A stretch of 35,875 nt of DNA, taken from NCBI RefSeq assembly GCF_006345805.1, contig NW_021826235.1, positions 1-35,875 on the forward strand, read 5' to 3'. A program made the translations under genes and the position numbers. The notes under the pieces were generated by a model. It did not search any database. It was not told the DNA's origin and saw nothing but the letters and a program-made list of their open reading frames with translations. Positions 34,767-35,875 of this stretch are shown one piece after another; the stretch's first letter is position 1; every line of letters starts with the position of its first letter. This DNA is from Octopus sinensis. Taxonomy: Eukaryota.

Positions 34767-35183
34767 TAACAACAAACAAGATGAGGACAAATATCTGTCA
34801 AATGTAAATAATGTACAAAATTCCTCGTCTCTTAAATATAGAACTGAATTAATGAATAATTTATAAGTATTTTAAAATAGGGAATCACTTTTCTGTCACT
34901 CTGTATATCGACCGGATAAAGAGAAATGGGAACAAGGTTTTTTGTTTTTATATCTGCGTTTGTCTAGCAAAGGACATGGAGGATATCAGCATCTGTGTTT
35001 CTCTACTTGCATTGTTCCACGTTTCATTTCGATCTTCCAAAATAGATAAATAAATAGATAAATAAATAAGCCGATAAACAAATTACGCATTCTTCCATAA
35101 ATAGCCAAAGATATTACGTGTCTGCATACTTGTTCCACGTCCTCGCGTTGTTGTGTTTTCTCTTTGTGTTTTCATGTTTGGAT

Positions 35184-35185
<2 letters not shown>

Positions 35186-35264
<79 letters not shown>
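35186..35264. repeat. (TA)n(TG)n microsatellite
   Basis: Direct reading. Confidence 0.95.
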
Positions 35265-35265
<1 letters not shown>

Positions 35266-35644
35266 AAAAAAGTAAAGATAGAAAATGATAAAATAATTTC
35301 AGTACCGGTTTCAGTCATTGATACTTTTTCAACTGTAAGTATGGGAGAAAAAAAATTAAATTTGGAAAAAAATTAAAAGAAAAGTATTGTTTAAAAGAAT
35401 ATTTGCATAGTGTTCAAATACAAGTGGCATTTTCCTTGTTTCTGCCTGTTTCTCTCTCTCGTGTTTAGTCTCGTGGGTTCGAGGTGGTTGTGAATTCTTG
35501 GTAGAGAAGAGGGAAAAGAAGAAGAAGAAGAAGAAGAATGTGGGAGTGCCATGACAGTAGTATCAGTAGTATATTAAATGGTCAACTGCCCTCTGTGGAC
35601 GGTAGTAGAATGTTAAGTGACCCACTGTGGGTAGTAGTAGTACT

Positions 35645-35646
<2 letters not shown>

Positions 35647-35727
<81 letters not shown>

Positions 35728-35730
35728 GTA

Positions 35731-35765
<35 letters not shown>
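35647..35765. repeat. (TA)n(TATG)n(TG)n microsatellite
   Basis: Direct reading. Confidence 0.95.
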
Positions 35766-35875
35766 AGCTGAAATTTACAAAAAGAACGAAAGACGAAGAC
35801 AGGTGTATAAGCGACAAGCAGGTGTATTAGTTTAACGCGCGGGAAAGTGAGAAAGCCTTTTACGTTTAGAGTCTA

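Noticed and set aside
35766-35875. Possible further Penelope-type repeat or hammerhead at the window end
   Set aside because: Only a degenerate AAACGT half-motif is visible and the rest lies outside the window

Overview
Repeat-saturated, AT-rich eukaryotic DNA, either intronic or intergenic. The SINE and microsatellite landscape resembles a coleoid cephalopod, probably Octopus; this is inferred from recalled repeat families, not from a search. No intact protein-coding gene is visible. Almost all ORFs in the track are microsatellite or antisense artefacts, and only two small candidate host exons were found (2429-2521, 33439-33528). The window holds four tRNA-derived SINE families, fossil retrotransposons (Penelope-like RT, RTE, R4/Dong), fossil DNA transposons (mariner, Tc1-like, hAT), several MITEs, a Helitron-like element and three hammerhead-ribozyme motifs. 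The most notable feature is a 1.7-kb element at 13727-15429 (minus strand) flanked by a perfect 19-bp target-site duplication. It encodes only a Gag/ORF1-like protein (RRM-like region plus CCHC knuckle), with no RT or endonuclease. Its 3' tail matches that of an abundant SINE that builds head-to-tail arrays with recurrent junctions. It sits inside a non-coding ~0.78-kb element with 51-bp terminal direct repeats. Together these suggest a LINE/'half-LINE'/SINE parasite set sharing one 3' recognition signal. Whether this is undescribed cannot be determined without database searches.
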